Origin: Alphaproteobacteria bacterium
Lineage (GTDB): Bacteria; Pseudomonadota; Alphaproteobacteria; Bin95
Reading direction: 5' to 3'
NCBI GenBank assembly: GCA_965205265.1
Contig: CBDBGH010000003.1
Coordinates: 5,056,001-5,120,000 of the forward strand
Length of the DNA stretch: 64,000 nt
Shown: positions 63,277 through 64,000 of the stretch, piece by piece
Numbering within the stretch: position 1 is the first letter of the stretch
How the letters are laid out: every line of letters starts with the position of its first letter
Made by a program: the position numbers and the translations under genes
Notes under the pieces: generated by a model
The model's database searches: none
The model's input: the letters and a program-made list of their open reading frames with translations, nothing else
Told to the model about the DNA's origin: nothing

Positions 63277-64000
63277 GGGTGCACGTCCTGATTTTGCGAG
63301 GTTGAGAAATGCCATGGTTCCGCCACGATATCTGTTTCTTATATTCGGGGGGCAGATGGAGGCGGACATGGCCAGGACCGATCACGACGGCCTCGTCGAA
63401 CAGCGTGGCGAGCTGCTGCGGGAGATTGCGGGCATCGGCGACCTCCGTCAGGGTTCGCTCAGGGCACAGTACCGCAAGTGCGGCAAACCGAACTGCCATT
63501 GCGCGGTCGAGGGGGCGCAGGGGCATGGCCCCTACTGGTTGTTGACCTGGCCGGACAGGGAGACGGGGAAGTCCCGCGGCCGCACCGTTCCCGCCGACGC
63601 CATTGAGGGAACGCGGGCGCAGATCGCGGAATACCAGCGGCTTCGCGGTCTGGTGCGCGCGCTTGTCGAGGTCAGCGGCCGGATATGCGATGCCAGGCTG
63701 GACGCGGACAAGCCGGCCGCGCCGGGAAAAAGGGGGGTCTCGACGCAGCGATCGCGGAGGAGGTCGAGGCCGAGGTCGAGTGGCTGATCGGCGCGGGCGT
63801 CGTCGATGACTTCCAGGCGATCGAGATCGAAGCGCGGCGGGTTGCGTTGCAGATCATGGGGCAGGCCGTCGCCCACAGGCTCAATGCCGACCGTTCCGAC
63901 AACCGGGGACCGTGGCTGTCGTGTGCGTGCGGCGGCGAGGCGCGCTTCGCCGGCCGCCGGCCCAAGACCTTCACCACCGCTCTCGGCCCTCTGACGCTGG
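63277..64000 (+). mobile_element. ISKra4-like element, left part (truncated by the window edge)
   Basis: Probable left end GGGTGCACG; DUF6788-like ORF followed in the -1 frame by a transposase N-terminus (CACGGEARFAGRRPKTFTTALG). Confidence 0.7.
63356..63787 (+). CDS. DUF6788-like OrfA of the ISKra4-like element
   Basis: GSL..QYRKCGKPNCHC....GHGPYW; AAAAAGGGGGG slippery run at 63727-63737. Confidence 0.75.
   Translation: MEADMARTDHDGLVEQRGELLREIAGIGDLRQGSLRAQYRKCGKPNCHCAVEGAQGHGPYWLLTWPDRETGKSRGRTVPADAIEGTRAQIAEYQRLRGLVRALVEVSGRICDARLDADKPAAPGKRGVSTQRSRRRSRPRSSG

Overview
High-GC accessory DNA, most likely from a large plasmid, ICE or chromid of an Alphaproteobacterium (inferred from gene content). 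The window contains: (i) an orphan CRISPR array of about 11 repeats ending ATTGAAG (type I-G/I-C-like), progressively degenerate, with no cas1/2/3/5/6/7 in view; (ii) a minus-strand run of about 11 DUF6878-like paralogs; (iii) two near-identical inverted copies of a 4086-bp IS21-family element with extra ORFs, one of them hit by an IS1634-family element with a 205-bp target duplication, plus a partial ISKra4-like element; (iv) auxiliary DNA-processing genes (rnhA, recJ, DEDDh exonuclease, parE), two HipA kinases without an intact HipB, and several toxin-less antitoxins; (v) an array of 28 tRNA genes covering all 20 amino acids, plus one aberrant tRNA-like gene. The best candidate for a new system is a promoter/operator-controlled minus-strand operon (about 34.1 kb to 27.9 kb) of small tandem paralogs that ends in a solo ~780-aa Cas9 derivative. 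That protein has an intact HNH site, all three RuvC catalytic motifs replaced, no PAM-interacting domain, and no adjacent array or tracrRNA. Two window-wide signals also stand out: a tandem palindromic operator (CAATCSGATTG-N6-CAAKCSGMTTG) at seven promoter regions, and an acidic Pro-x-Pro C-terminal tail on about 20 accessory proteins. All calls come from motif reading by eye; no database searches were run.
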